Positions 1-12,334 of a DNA stretch of 64,000 bases are shown here, in pieces. Numbering within the stretch: the first letter of the stretch is position 1; each line of letters opens with the position of its first letter. This DNA is from Mobula hypostoma. Taxonomy: Eukaryota. Under the pieces are notes generated by a model. The model had not been told where the DNA came from, did no database searches, and worked only from the letters and a program-made list of their open reading frames with translations. The translations under genes were made by a program, and so were the position numbers. The stretch spans positions 5,086,001 through 5,150,000 of the forward strand of contig NC_086101.1 of NCBI RefSeq assembly GCF_963921235.1, written 5' to 3'.

Positions 1-280
1 GGATGTGAAAGGTTACGGGGAGAAGGTAGGAAAATTCAACTGAAAGGGATTTTTAAAAAAATCAGCCATGATGGAATGGTGGGAACAGACAATATTTCAC
101 GATGAGATTTGGACTTGCATAGAGATGGCACGCAGAAATCAAGAGGATTTGTGAATGTGGGACTTGGTGGGCACATTTCAATATAACGGGGGTTATGTAA
201 ATGCAGGCACCGTGTGCATGAGTTGGCAAACGTACTGTGTCAGATTTTAATTCGTGTTCTCTCTCCCCACCTGTCCCCAG

Positions 281-400
281 ATGAATTCTTCCCACGAGTT
301 TCAAAATTCTTCACCGTGTTCATGGTGTTCTTCGTAATTCTACTTGTCGTACTTGTGAGCGCTGCGTGGCTTTACTACAGGAAGCGGACAAACGCGAGTG
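281..400 (+). CDS. Butyrophilin-like gene A, transmembrane exon: (D)EFFPRVSKFFTVFMVFFVILLVVLVSAAWLYYRKRTNAS
   Basis: Pyrimidine tract and ccccag acceptor ending at 280; G|gtaagc donor at 400/401; 120 nt, phase 1 at both ends. Hydrophobic helix followed by RKR stop-transfer residues. The DEFFP start is typical of BTN TM exons. Confidence 0.9.
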
Positions 401-894
401 GTAAGCCCCTCTGCTGTGGGTCATTTCTCTGCCGCTGTTTGAGATGGTGCCGTCTTACAGCACGGCAACAGGCCCCCGCTGGCCTAACAAGCCTGCACAC
501 CGCCCAGTGATGCCCATGTGACTAATTAACCTGCCAACCGGCACGTCTTTGGATTCTGGGGGGAACCCGGAGTAGCGGCAGGAAACGCACGCAGTTACGG
601 GGAGAACGTACAAACACCTGACAGGCAGTGTTGGGAATTGAACCCCAATCGTTGACACTGTAAATGTTATGCTAATCGTTACATCAGGGTTCTGGGACTT
701 AACCATGCGATAGACATCCAGATTACAAAGTGAGTTTCAGGTTATGAGTTCTTTGGGGAGTTGGGGAACAGTCCATTGTTGGTGGACGTCCTTGGGAAGG
801 AGTCAAGTCAAGTCGCTTTTATTGTCATTTCAACTATAACTGCTAGTACAGTACACAGTAAAAACAAAACGATTCTCCAGGACCATGGTGCTGC

Positions 895-1300
895 ATGAAA
901 CAAAACCACACTAGACTACCTGAAGCAACACAAAACTACACTAGACTACCTGAAACAACACAGAACTACACTAGACTACCTGAATCAACACAAAACTACA
1001 CTAGACTACCTGAAACAACACAAAACTACACTAGACTACATGAAACAACACAGAACTACACTAGACTACCTGAAACAACACAAAACTAGACTAGACTACC
1101 TGAAGCAACACAAAACTACACTAGACTACCTGAAACAACACAGAACTACACTAGACTACCTGAAACAACACAAAACTACACTAGACTACCTGAACCAACA
1201 CAGAACTACACTAGACTACGTGAAACAACTCAAAACTACACTAGCTGACATGAAACAACACAAAATTACACTAGACTACGTGAAACAACACAAAACTACA
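895..1300. repeat. 30-bp minisatellite (GAAACAACACAAAACTACACTAGACTACCT), ~13 copies, inside a LINE 3' UTR remnant
   Basis: Unit visible directly; it explains the repetitive ORFs at 895 and 1040. Confidence 0.95.
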
Positions 1301-1764
1301 TTAGAGCTCAGGCCTACATGGGACTACATAAAGTGCACAAGACAGTGCAAGACAGTACAATAATTAATAAACAAGACAATAGACACAGTAAAGGACAAAT
1401 TACAATATAATAATGATGTAAATGTAAAAGTAAACAATGTTTGAGCAGGAATTGAGAAAGAAATGAACAAAAATTGCAAAGGGAGTGGAGTGGTGTTCAG
1501 TTGAGTGTGTGTTTAGGTTGGTGTCAGACTGGACTCTGGGAGTTGAGAGTCTAATGGCTTGGGGGACAAAACTGTTACCCAATCAGGAGGCTAATTGGAC
1601 AACATCTAAGGGAGGAATGGTGAATGTACCAGTAATGGTGGATTTAAAGTTTGACTATGTTGGAAAGGACTTTGTTCAGAGTAGAGTATCGTATTGTGTT
1701 AACGACAGTAGACTGGTGCACATAAACAGATTATCGTAATGCTGTTACAATAGTAGATTTGTGC

Positions 1765-2290
1765 ACACAAAGACGAGAGCTTCTGCAGATGCTGGAAATC
1801 CAGAGAAACGACACAAAATGTTGGAGGCAGCATCTACGAAGAGGAATAAATAGTCGGTGTTTCAGTCCAGGACTCTTCATCAAGATGGGAAAGGAAGGGG
1901 GCAGAAGCCAGAATTAGGAGGTGGGGATGGAGGGAGGAGCGCAAGTTGACAGGACATAGGTGAGACCAGGTGAGGGGAAAGGTGGGTGAGAAGGGGAGGG
2001 GTATGAAATAAGAAGCTGGGAGGTGAGGAGTGGAAGAGATAAAGGGCTGAAGAAGAAGGAATCTGATAGGAGAGGAGAGTGGACCTTGGGAGAAGGGAAA
2101 GAGGAGGGGAACCAGAGGGAGATAATGGCCAGGTGAGGAGAGGAGATGAGGTGAGAAGGTAACCAGAATGATGAATGGAAAAAAAGAGGGAGGGAGAAAT
2201 TGATAAAGGTTGTAGAACTCGATGTTCGTGCCATCAGGTTGGAGATGATCCAGGCAGAGTGTGAGGTGTTTCTCCCGAGTGTGACCTCAT
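1765..2290 (-). mobile_element. Penelope-like element 3' fragment
   Basis: Same terminal sequence (tctgcagatgctggaaat...) and GIY-YIG C-terminal remnant as the larger copies at 3890 and 26240. Confidence 0.75.
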
Positions 2291-2394
2291 TGTACACAGG
2301 CAGATTAAAAGCCTGTCTTACAACATCGTATCGATGCGCATGTTGGTTTACTGAGAAGTGCAAAGTGTTTACACACCTGTCTGTTCTCTTCCAG

Positions 2395-2421
2395 AGTTGT
2401 ACAAACGTCCCACACTTGAGC
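2395..2421 (+). CDS. BTN gene A micro-exon 1 (27 nt; ELYKRPTLE)
   Basis: ctgttctcttccag acceptor, C|gtaagt donor; phase 1-1; in frame with the TM exon. Confidence 0.85.
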
Positions 2422-3889
2422 GTAAGTAATCTTTTTCCTTTGTTTCATGTTTACTATTTACCTGTGCTGCGCGCTACATGCATTTTTGAATTCTATTTTA
2501 TAACTTGTTTATGGTAAGCTGCATTGGAAGCATATAATAGGTGGTGGGATCTTATCCCCACTACTACCCTTGGCTAAAGCAAACTAAACAAACCTCAAAG
2601 AGCCTCTGACAACCAAGCCCAGCTCCTGGTCTTCATCTGTGACTTAGCTATTACACCCGACGAAAGTGCTTCTACTCTCAGGAGAACGAGTAATGGTGTG
2701 TTATTGGCACCTTAAAACCAGTCACTTCAGGCAGATGGGGATTGGCAGCTTATCTAGGAGATGGACAACTCCGATTATTTTGTGTTTCTGATCTGAAACC
2801 CTCGCTGCCTCGCACCTGTAGCCTCTCATGGGGAAGTCTTTGGGAGTAAACCCCAAAGGAATAAACCTCGAATTAGGTTCCCTAAGGCAGCTGCACGTTA
2901 AATTCAACATTGACTGGCAATTCCTGCGACTCTGCTGGTGCCAAATTGTATTGGACTCCGCTGGTGTGGAGAGGGGGAGCCTGCCGTACGGGCAACAGCT
3001 TGTTCTCCATATCGTACTGCTGCGGCTTGCGAACCAGCTCGCATAACACGTAGGCAGCTGAGACACAACATCCACGGTCGACCCTGACGAATAGGGGGCC
3101 ACAGTTATGGAAGTATTTTGCTTAGTGTGCTGTGTGTGATAGTGTGTTTTGTGGGCGCACTGCGGTCTGTTCTTCCGTTTGGTTGTATAGATGTACATTC
3201 AGGTGACAATGAACAGAGACCAGACTAAGAGATCGTACGTTCTCCAGAAATTTAACCTGACACTTTGGACTAATTTCATCCTGGCCTGCCCCACTGAGTA
3301 AATGCTCCAGTGTCGGAAGTTTGTCCTTGTCTCTGTTGTATGTGATCTAGAAACTGCTGAAATCGACCTCAGAGTCCTGATTTAATCTTTCTGTTTCCTG
3401 ACACACACACACCAAGCCTTGTGTTCACTACCTACACTGGCATCTTGGTGAAGAGCAAATTGGTCCTTCAGAAATAATTTTCATGTCCGTCACCTGTCTG
3501 ACCTCCTTGATCAGAATCAGGTTTAATATCACTGGGCATATGTAGAAATCTGTTGCAACAGTACATTGCAATACATAATTTTAAAAAAAACTATAAATAA
3601 CAGTAAGAAATATATGTATGAAAAAATTAACTAATACAAAAATAGTGAGGTAGTGTCCATGGGTTCATTGTCCATTCAGAAATCTGATGGCGGTGAGGAA
3701 GAACCTGTTCCTAAAACATTGAGTGTGGGTCTTCAGGCTCCTCTCCCACCCCCTCGACGGTGTCAGTCAGAAGAGGGCCTGTCCTGGGTGAGGGGACTCC
3801 TCAATGATGGATGCTGCCTTTTTGAAGCAATACCCTTTGAAGGTGTGCTGATTGCTGGGGAAGGCTTGTGCCCATGATCGAAACGGCTG

Positions 3890-5560
3890 ACGAGAAACTC
3901 TGCAGATGCTGGAAACCCGAGCAACGCACACAAAATTCTGGAGGAGCTCAGCAGGCCAGGCAGCGTCCATGGAAAAGAGTACAGTTGACATTTTGGGCCG
4001 AAACCATTTGGCAGGATTGGAGGATAAAAGGCTGAGGACTAGATTTAAAAGGTGGGGGGGCGGAGGGGAGAGAGAACGCAAGCTGATAGGTGAAACCTGG
4101 AGGGGGAGGGATGAAGTAACGAGCTGGGAAGTTGATTGGTGAAAGAGACAGAAGGCCATGGGAGGAAGAAAAAGGGATGGAGCGCCAGAGGGAGGCGATG
4201 GACGGGCAAGGAGATACGGTGAGGGAGGGAAACGGGGCTGGGAAATGGTGAAGAGCGGTTGGGCTGGGAGGCATTACTGGAAATTTGAGAATTCGATGTT
4301 CATGCCATCAGGTTGGAGGCTACCCAAACGGAATATAAGGTGTTGTTCCTCCAACCTGAGTGTGGCCTCACCACGATAGTGGAGGAGGCCATGAATGGAA
4401 ATATGGGAATTGAAATTAGAATGGGTGGCCACTGGGAGATCTGGCTTTTTCTGGCAGACGGAGCGTAGATGCTCGGCGAAGCTGTCTCCCAATTACGTCA
4501 GGTCTCACCGATATACAGGAGGCCACACCGGGAGCACCGAACACAGCATAGGACCCTAACAGACTCACAGGTGAAGAGTCGCCTCACCTGGAAGGACTGT
4601 TTGGGGCCCTGAATGGTAGCGAGGGAGGAGGTGTAGGGGCAGGTGCAGCACTTGTTCCGCTTGCAAGAATAAGTGCTAGGAGGATCAGTGGGGAGGGATG
4701 AATGGACATGGGAGTCACGTAAGGAGCGATCCCTGCGGAAAGCAGCAAGTAAGGGGGAGGAGGGGGAAAGATGAGCTTGGTGGTGGGATCCCATTAAAGG
4801 TGGCGCCCGTTTCGGAGAATTATGTGCTGGATGTGGAGGCTGGTGGGGTGGTAGATGAGGACAAGAGGAACCCTATCCCTGGTAGGGTAGCGGGAGGATG
4901 GGGCAAGAGCAGACATGCATGAAATGGAAGCGATGCGGTTGAGACAGCTTTGATGGTGGAGGAAGGGAAGCCCCTTTCTTCGTTCTAGAATGAAAAGCCT
5001 CAGCCTGAGAGCAGATGCGGTGGAGACGAAGGAATTGAGAGAACGGGGTGGCGTTTTTACAAGTGGCAGGGTGGGGCGAGGTGTAGTCCAGGTAGTTGTG
5101 AGAGTCCATAGGTTTGTAATAGACATCAGTGTATTAGCTCTCTCTGGAGATAGAGACTGTGATATCAAGAAAGAGAAGGGAGGTGTCAGAAATGGACAGA
5201 TGGATCTGAGGGCAGGGTGGAGGTTAGAGGCAAGATGGTGTCCAGAAAGAGACGGAGTTTTGAGGCCTTCCTGGTGGGGGATGGAGGTGTATAGGGACTG
5301 GACATCCACAGTAAAAATAAGATGATGGGGACCAGGAAATCTGAAATTCTTGAAAAGATCAAGAGCATGTGAGGCGTCACGGATGTCGGTGGGAAGGGAC
5401 TGAACCGGGGGGATAAAACAAAGTTGAGGTATGCTGATATCAGTTCAGTGGGGGCAGAAGCAAGCTGGTTTGTGGATTTTGGGTAGGAGGTAGATTTTGG
5501 GAGGTTGGGGGTGCAGGAGCTATGAGGTTGGTGGCGATGGATGGGAGAAACTGAGATTGG
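3890..5560 (-). mobile_element. Penelope-like element (Neptune-type), decayed RT plus GIY-YIG endonuclease
   Basis: Minus-strand ORF pieces: MDVQSLYTSIPHQEGL, DSHNYLDYTSPHP..CKNA.PFSQFLRL.RICS, CKRNKCCTC, VRCSRCGLLYIGET, RLEEQHLIFRLGSLQPDGMN. Confidence 0.9.
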
Positions 5561-6429
5561 CATACTGAACGATCGAAAAGGCTGAGTCTGCAACTTTCTG
5601 ACCCTGTGCTGTGGCCCCTCTATACTTGACAGTGAAAGCAACCAGTTAGAATGCTCTCTGCAGAGATTTACAAGAGACTTTGGTGACATCCCGAGTCTCC
5701 TCAGACCCTTAGGGAAATGTAGCCTCGGTCGTGCCATCTTTGTAATTGAATGGCTAGATCCCTGCAATTTACCAATTCTGGTTAATTCCCAAAAGTAATC
5801 ACTCCACCACGGGCCACCATGTCCTCAGCTACCTGGTCTGACCTATGGAAGAGCTGTTCGTTTGTGGAACAGACTTGATGGGCCGAATGGCACATTCTGC
5901 TCCTATGTCTTATGGTCTTAGCTAGAGTAAGAAATACATAAAAATGTGCACAAACAGAGCAAAGTACCATGGGAGTGTTCCTGGGTTCATGAACCGTTCA
6001 GAGATCTGATAGACGGGAAGAAGCTGTTCCCCCTAAAATGTTGAGTGTGGGTCTTCAAGCTCCTGTACCTCCCCCGGGATGGCGGCAATGAGAAGGAGGC
6101 ATATGGAGAGAGTCCTTAATAAGGTGTGCTGCCTTCTTGAGCAGCTTTTGAAGGTGTTCTTGATGGTGGGAGGCTCGTGTCCATGCTGGAGTTGGCTGAA
6201 TCGGCCACGCTCTGCAGCTTTCTCTAATCCTGTGCATTGGAGCTCCCATTTCAAATATACGTCACAAAATCCCCCATTGCAAACACATCATTTGGACTGG
6301 AAGAGCCTTGTTCAAGATTAAGTTCATTTATTGTCATTTCAACTGTACATGCGTACAACCAAACAGCGCAACGTTCCTCCACATCCTCACAGCACATAGA
6401 AGAAAATATTGCCATGAGATTCTGCAGAT

Positions 6430-7176
6430 AGTCATAGTTATAATCATACTTTATTGATCCCGGGGGAAATTGGTTTTCGTTACAGTTGCACCATAAATAA
6501 TAAATAGTAACAGAACCATAAATAGTTAAATATTAATATGTAAATTATGCCAGTAAATTATGAAATAAGTCCAGGACCGGCCTATTGGCTCAGGGTGTCT
6601 GACCCTCCAAGGGAGGAGTTGTAAAGTTTGATGACCACAGGCAGGAATGACTTCCTGTGACACTCTGTGTTGCATCTCGGTGGAATGAGTCTTTGGCTGA
6701 ATGTACTCCTGTGCCCACCCAGTACATTATGTAGTGGATGGGAGACATTGTCCAAGATGGCATGCAACTTGGACAGCATCCTCTTTTCAGACACCACCGT
6801 AAGAGAGTCCAGTTCCATCCCCACAACATCAATGAGTTTGTTGATTCTGTTGGTGTCTGCTACCCTCAGCCTGCTGCCCCAGCACACAACAGCAAACATG
6901 ATAGCACTGGCCACCACAGACTTGTAGAACATCCTCAGCATCGTCCGGCAGATGTTAAAGGACCTCAGTCTCCTCAGGAAATAGAGACGGCTCTGACCCT
7001 TCTTGTAGACAGCCTCAGTGTTCTTTGACCAGTCCAGTTCATTGTCAATTCGTATCCCCAGGTATTTGTAATCCTCCACCACGTCCACACTGACCCCCTG
7101 GATGGAAACAGGGGTCACCAGTACCTTAGCTCTCCTCAGGTCTACCACCAGCTCCTTAGTCTTTTTCACATTAAGC
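6430..7176 (-). mobile_element. Rex1/Babar-type LINE, 5'-truncated RT C-terminus, inserted into a Penelope terminus (6410-6429 plus 7177-7720)
   Basis: ORF 6582-7259 (YKYLGIRIDNELDWSKNTEAVYKKGQSRLYFLRRLRSF); (ATGACT)n-like tail. The flanks rejoin to the Penelope end ttctgcagat|gctggaaatcc. Confidence 0.85.
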
Positions 7177-7807
7177 TGCTGGAAATCCAGAGCAGCGCAC
7201 ACCAAGATTGTGGAGGAACTCAGCAGGCCAGGCAGCATCCTATGGAAATGAATCAACATTCAGTGTTTCTGCTGGGAGCTTTCACCAGGACTGGGAAGGA
7301 AAGGGGACGATACCAGATAAAAAAGTGGGGGTGGGGGGGGTTGGAGGACTAGCTGGAAGGTGATAGGTGGAACCTTCGAGTTGGTTCCTCCCAAAAGGTA
7401 AAGGGCCGGAGAAGAAGGAATCTGATGGGAGAGGAGAGTGGACCATGGGAGAGAGGGAAGGAGGAGGGGTAGCAGGCGGAGATGTTAGAAAGGTGAGGTG
7501 AAGTAGTAAGAGGCTGAAATGGCAGATAGAAGAGGAAAGGGAGAAGGAGAGAAATAAAAATTTGGAAGGAGAAATTGATGTTCATGCTCTCAGGTTGGGG
7601 GCTACCCAGATGGAATAGGAGGTGTTGCTCCTGCAACCTGAGTGTGGCCTCATCGTGACAAAAGAGGCCATGGACCGATATGTGGGAATGGGGATATGGG
7701 TTAAAATGGTTGCCTACCATATTACTTTGCTTTGTAAAGTACTGTACTCAACTGCAATCAGTTGTTGCTAACGGCTTGCTTTTGACACTTCTTTTCTGTT
7801 CTTGCAG

Positions 7808-7834
7808 AACATGAGTCCATAATCAACGAAATAG
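7808..7834 (+). CDS. BTN gene A micro-exon 2 (27 nt; QHESIINEI)
   Basis: cttttctgttcttgcag acceptor, AG|gtaaga donor; phase 1-1; no stop. Confidence 0.85.
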
Positions 7835-8897
7835 GTAAGAGACTGAAGTTCTTCCTGCACCATCTGGAGTTTTCCTCTTGACGTGTAGATAGGGTCCAGT
7901 ACGACCTCGAGCATTGTTCAGGGCTCCGAACTTGATGCCATCTTAGTCCAGACAGGCAGATCAGGGAACAGTACATGCCCCTCAGTCCGCAGTCGTGCCA
8001 CTCCAAGATTAATCAAACCCTTCTCTTCCACACAACCCTCCATTTCTCTATCGACCATCTGCCTATCTATGTCCCTCATGTAGCTGCCACACTCTTTCCG
8101 CTCCCTGTGTCATAAAACAAAACCTACCGCTGACTTATCCCCCACTCCCATACTTCCCTCCAATCGCCTTACAGTTATTCCATTTCCGCCCTGGGGAAAA
8201 GTCTCTGGCCCGTCCACCCTATCTATGCCTCTTATCATCTTGTACACCTCTATCAACCCATCCTCATAAGGCGTGCTCCAGGCAGCATCCAGGTAAATCT
8301 CCTCTGTAAAGCTTCCACATCCTTCCTATAATGAGGAGACTTTCCCAGGGAGGAACGAGGGGCCATAAATTTCAGGTGTTTGGAGGAAAGTGTGGTGGGT
8401 GGGTGGAACACACTGCCTGGAGTGGCGCTAGAGGCGAGGCAAGTTCATTCGGAGCATTTAAGAGGCACATGGGTGAAAGAAAAATGGAGGGTTATGCGGG
8501 AGGGAAGTGTTAGATTGATCTTGGAGGTCAAAGTTAAAGGGTTGACACAACATGGTAGGCCAGAGGGCCTGTACTGTTCTGTGTTCCTCTTTCACCCAGG
8601 AAATCCCTCGCCAGCAGCACTGTGGGAACACCTTCAGCTAGAAAGATTACCTCATGTCCAGAAGGCAGTTCGGTACCACCTTCTCCAGGGGAAGGCCCAA
8701 GTCTTGGGATGACAGCCCGGTTCATTACACTTAGGGTTAATTTACCATGGGGATCCTCTTGTGGGGCGTATTGAGTTGAAGTTGCTGATGGTTCGGCTTT
8801 CTAACAGAAGACGTGTGTGTGGGCAGGGCAGGGAAGGACAAGGCCGAGATCTCAGTGTTTTGATGCTCATTTTAACATCTTTCTCTTTTAATTTCAG

Positions 8898-8918
8898 AAA
8901 ATCTGAAAACCCTTACGG
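8898..8918 (+). CDS. BTN gene A micro-exon 3 (21 nt heptad; ENLKTLT)
   Basis: ttctcttttaatttcag acceptor, GG|gtgagt donor; phase 1-1. Confidence 0.85.
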
Positions 8919-10182
8919 GTGAGTTTTATTGATGAAACAGACGTGTATCCACATCTCCTGAGGGGATGTTATCCTGTTGCTGGGGACTCTATCAGCATGT
9001 TCCATGGGTCACTGACTTTAACTGTGTGTTCAGAATCAGAATCGGGCTTAACAGCACCCGCACTTGTCGTGAAATTTGATGTTTCGTGGCAGCAGTACAT
9101 TGCAATGCATAGTGTTGGTTGTCTGTCGATTTTGCCAATGATAATTGGGTGTGTGCGGCCCCTCTGATGTGTGTTTAGAGGTGACTGTAGAGGGCAAAGG
9201 AGATGTAAGATGCTCCTTCCCTCCACTAGCCTACAAGTCACCCTTGGACAAGGTGTAGCACCCACTTAGCACCAAACCACTTCCACCCCGCCATCCCCAC
9301 TGATCAGGGTCACGTGAAGCCATGGAAGCAGGTGGTGGATGGCCATATGAGCAGCCGGTACATATCACAAGTCCTGATTATGTGACCACTGACAACAGGC
9401 AGACAATCTCTGAAGAGCTGTGGTCACCCGTCTTGTAAAGACACTGCCCAGAAGTTTTGTGGATGGCGTTTTAGCTGTGCCTGGCCACACAGTCATGAGC
9501 GTAGAGAGAGAGTGGGGCAGTGGGCTAAGCACACATCACTGAGGTGCCCCAGTGTTGACCGTCAGCAAGGTGCAGATGTTATTTCCGCACATGTTGTGGC
9601 CTTCCGGTTAGAAAGTCAAAGATCCAGTTACAGAAGGTGCTTACAGGAGGTGCTTTTGGAGTTTTTCAATTAGAACTGTAGGAATGATTGTGTTAAACAC
9701 TGAGATGTAGTCAATAAGCAGCATCCTGACAAAGGTATTTATATAGTCCACGTGATCCAAGGCCACATGAAGAGTCAATGGGATCTTTGCCTTTTCTGTA
9801 ACGATGGTAGCCAGATTACAGTGGGTCCAGGTCCGTGATGAGACAGGAGTTAATTTCAGCCATGACCAGATCTTTGAGAGCTTTAACAACAAGTAAGAGA
9901 ATCTCAAGATCAATTCTGAAAGATGGGGAAGCTGATGTAGAGTAGCGAGGGTGGGACTGATCTGTTCCTTCACACTGGTTTTGATTGAAAGTCCAGCAGC
10001 AGTGTGAAACATGGGCACTGCCAGTCTGGGAATGTGTCCTGCAGGTGGAACCCGGGACCCCGGGATTCAGGCTGCTCAGATGTAAGGTCAATGAAAAGCT
10101 AATTTTTTGTCAAGTTCCAGACTGCATTTCTCTCCAATGATCACAATGGAATTAATTGTTCTTTTTCTTTGTTTCATTCCAG

Positions 10183-10203
10183 AAAGTGCCCAGAATAATT
10201 ATG
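10183..10203 (+). CDS. BTN gene A micro-exon 4 (21 nt heptad; ESAQNNY)
   Basis: ctttttctttgtttcattccag acceptor, TG|gtaagt donor; phase 1-1. Confidence 0.85.
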
Positions 10204-10499
10204 GTAAGTTGCTCTTGACTAGTGTGGGGGATTAATTTAAGATATAGGAGCAGAATAAGGCCATTCAGCCCATTGAGTCTTCTTTGCTGTTCCATCAGGA
10301 GTGATTTATTAACCACCTCAATCCCATTCTCCTGCCTTCTCCCCATAACCTTTGATGCCCTGACTAATCAAGAACCTATCAACCTCTTATCTAAATATAC
10401 TCAATGATTTTGTCCCCACTACTGTCTGTGGCAATGAATTCCACAGATTCACCACTCTCTGGCTAAAGAAACCCCCTCTCATATCTGTTCTAAATGGAT

Positions 10500-11130
10500 G
10501 TCCCTCTATTCTGAGGCTGTGCCCTCTGGTCCTACTATGCTGACTCCCCCACTATAGGGAACATCCTCTCCACATCCACTCTGTCTCTGCCCTCTGGTCC
10601 TAGATTCCCCCACTACAGGAAACATCCTCTCCACATCCACTCTATCTGTGTCCTCTGGTCCTAGACTCTCCCTCTGTAGGAAACATTCTCCCCAAATCCA
10701 CTCTATCTGTGTCCTCTGGTCCTAACTCCCCCACTATAGGAAACATCCTCTCCACACCCACTCTATCTGTGTCCTCTGGTCCTAGACTTCCCCACTGTAG
10801 GAAACATCCTCTCCACACCCACTCTATCTGTGCCCTCTGGTCCTAGACTCTCCCACTATAGGAAACATCCTCTCCACACCCACTCTATCTGTGCCCTCTG
10901 GTCCTAGACTCCCCCACTATAGGAAACGTCCTCTCCACGTCCACTCTATCTGTGCCCTCTGGTCCTAGACTCCCCCACTACAGGAAACATCCTCTCCACA
11001 TCCACTCTATCTGTGTCCTCTGGTCCTAGACTCCCCCACTATAGGAAACATCCTCTCCACATCCACTCTATCTGTGTCCTCTGGTCCTAGACTCCCCCAC
11101 TATAGGAAACATCCTCTCCACATCCACTCT
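10500..11130. repeat. ~61-bp minisatellite (~10 copies) derived from an internal segment of a minus-strand CR1 3' end
   Basis: Unit CTCTGGTCCTAGACTCCCCCACTATAGGAAACATCCTCTCCACATCCACTCTATCTGTG; CR1 sequence continues on both sides. Confidence 0.9.
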
Positions 11131-11621
11131 ATCCAGGGCTTTCAGTATTCGATAGGTTTCAGTGATTACCCCTCCCTCCTCATTCTTCTAAACTCCAGTG
11201 AGTACAGGTCCAGAGACATCAACTGCTCCTCATGTGTTAACCTAATTTAATTTTCTTCCTGTACTGTCTCTGTTTTTGCTCCTGATTTCTTGGGAGCTGG
11301 GAGTGGATTCTTGGAACTTGTGACTGGCCGTGATTGGGGAGTACAACATGAAGTCCTGACCTATCCATCCTTTTCCTGTGACTCAGCTCCTGTAGTCCCA
11401 GCAACGTCTGTACTCTTTCACTTATTGATATATTTCCTGTGGGTAGGTGACTGCAACTCCACAAAATATCTAAATTAGGCCTCACCAGTGTCACCGACTT
11501 CAATGTAACATCCCAGCTGCTGTACTCGATGCTTTGATTTATGAAGGTTGTGGGAGGAAATTGGAGCACCTAGGGGACAATCTAGAGTCACTGGGGAGAG
11601 CAGCACCCTGAAGACTCTGCC

Positions 11622-12070
11622 ACTGTGGCTTGCAGCCATCGGGCTCCTGGTCCGTCTCCCTCGGTCCTGAACTGGCTCTGTGGCTGTGACCAGCAGCCAT
11701 CGGGCTCCTGGACTGTCTCCCTCGGTCCTGAACTGGTTGCAGGCCACAGCCACAGAACCATCGGGTTCCTGGACTGTCTCCCTCGGTCCTGAACTGGCAC
11801 CGTGGCTGTGACCTGCAGCCATCAGGCTCCTGGTCCGTCTCCCTCGGTCCTGAACTGGCACCGTGGCTGTGACCAGCAGCCATCGGGCTCCTGGTCCGTC
11901 TCCCTCGGTCCTGAACTGGCACCGTGGCTGTGACCTGCAGCCATCAGGCTCCTGGTCCGTCTCCCTCGGTCCTGAACTGGCTCCGTGGCTGTGACCAGCA
12001 GCCATCGGGCTCCTGGTCCGTCTCCCTCGGTCCTGAACTGGCACCGTGGCTGTGACCTGCAGCCATCGGA
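11622..12070. repeat. GC-rich 60-bp minisatellite, ~7.5 copies
   Basis: Unit GCAGCCATCGGGCTCCTGGTCCGTCTCCCTCGGTCCTGAACTGGCACCGTGGCTGTGACC recurs every 60 nt. Confidence 0.95.
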
Positions 12071-12307
12071 CTTCCTGCTTGGCTCGGTGCCGAACTGGCT
12101 CGTGTCTGTGCCCTCAGTTCTGCAGACTCAGCGGTTCATGGTGTGTGGGTTATTTGTGGTACCTCCTGCCTGATGGTGACAGCAGCGAGACGAACACAAA
12201 GCCTGGCTGGTGGGCGTCCTTTATGATGGAGCAGAGCTGACTGAGCTTGTGCTGAGCCATAACAATCTGGTGTTTCGTTAACCGAAATCTCATCTCTTTT
12301 GTTACAG

Positions 12308-12334
12308 ATCTGGAGACGACACTGTCCACAGAAG
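12308..12334 (+). CDS. BTN gene A micro-exon 5 (27 nt; DLETTLSTE)
   Basis: catctcttttgttacag acceptor, AG|gtaagg donor; phase 1-1. Confidence 0.85.

Noticed and set aside
214..510. 98-aa ORF as a standalone small membrane protein
   Set aside because: Only 281-400 is bounded by splice sites; the rest is intron read-through.
895..1363. Repetitive ORFs (TQNYTRLPET)n and (LKQHKTTLDY)n
   Set aside because: These are translations of a 30-bp minisatellite in an intron, with no splice signals or domain. The repeats are contiguous without unique spacers, so this is not a CRISPR array either.
11475..12044. 189-aa repetitive minus-strand ORF
   Set aside because: Arises from a 60-bp tandem repeat that is open in several frames; no evidence of a gene.
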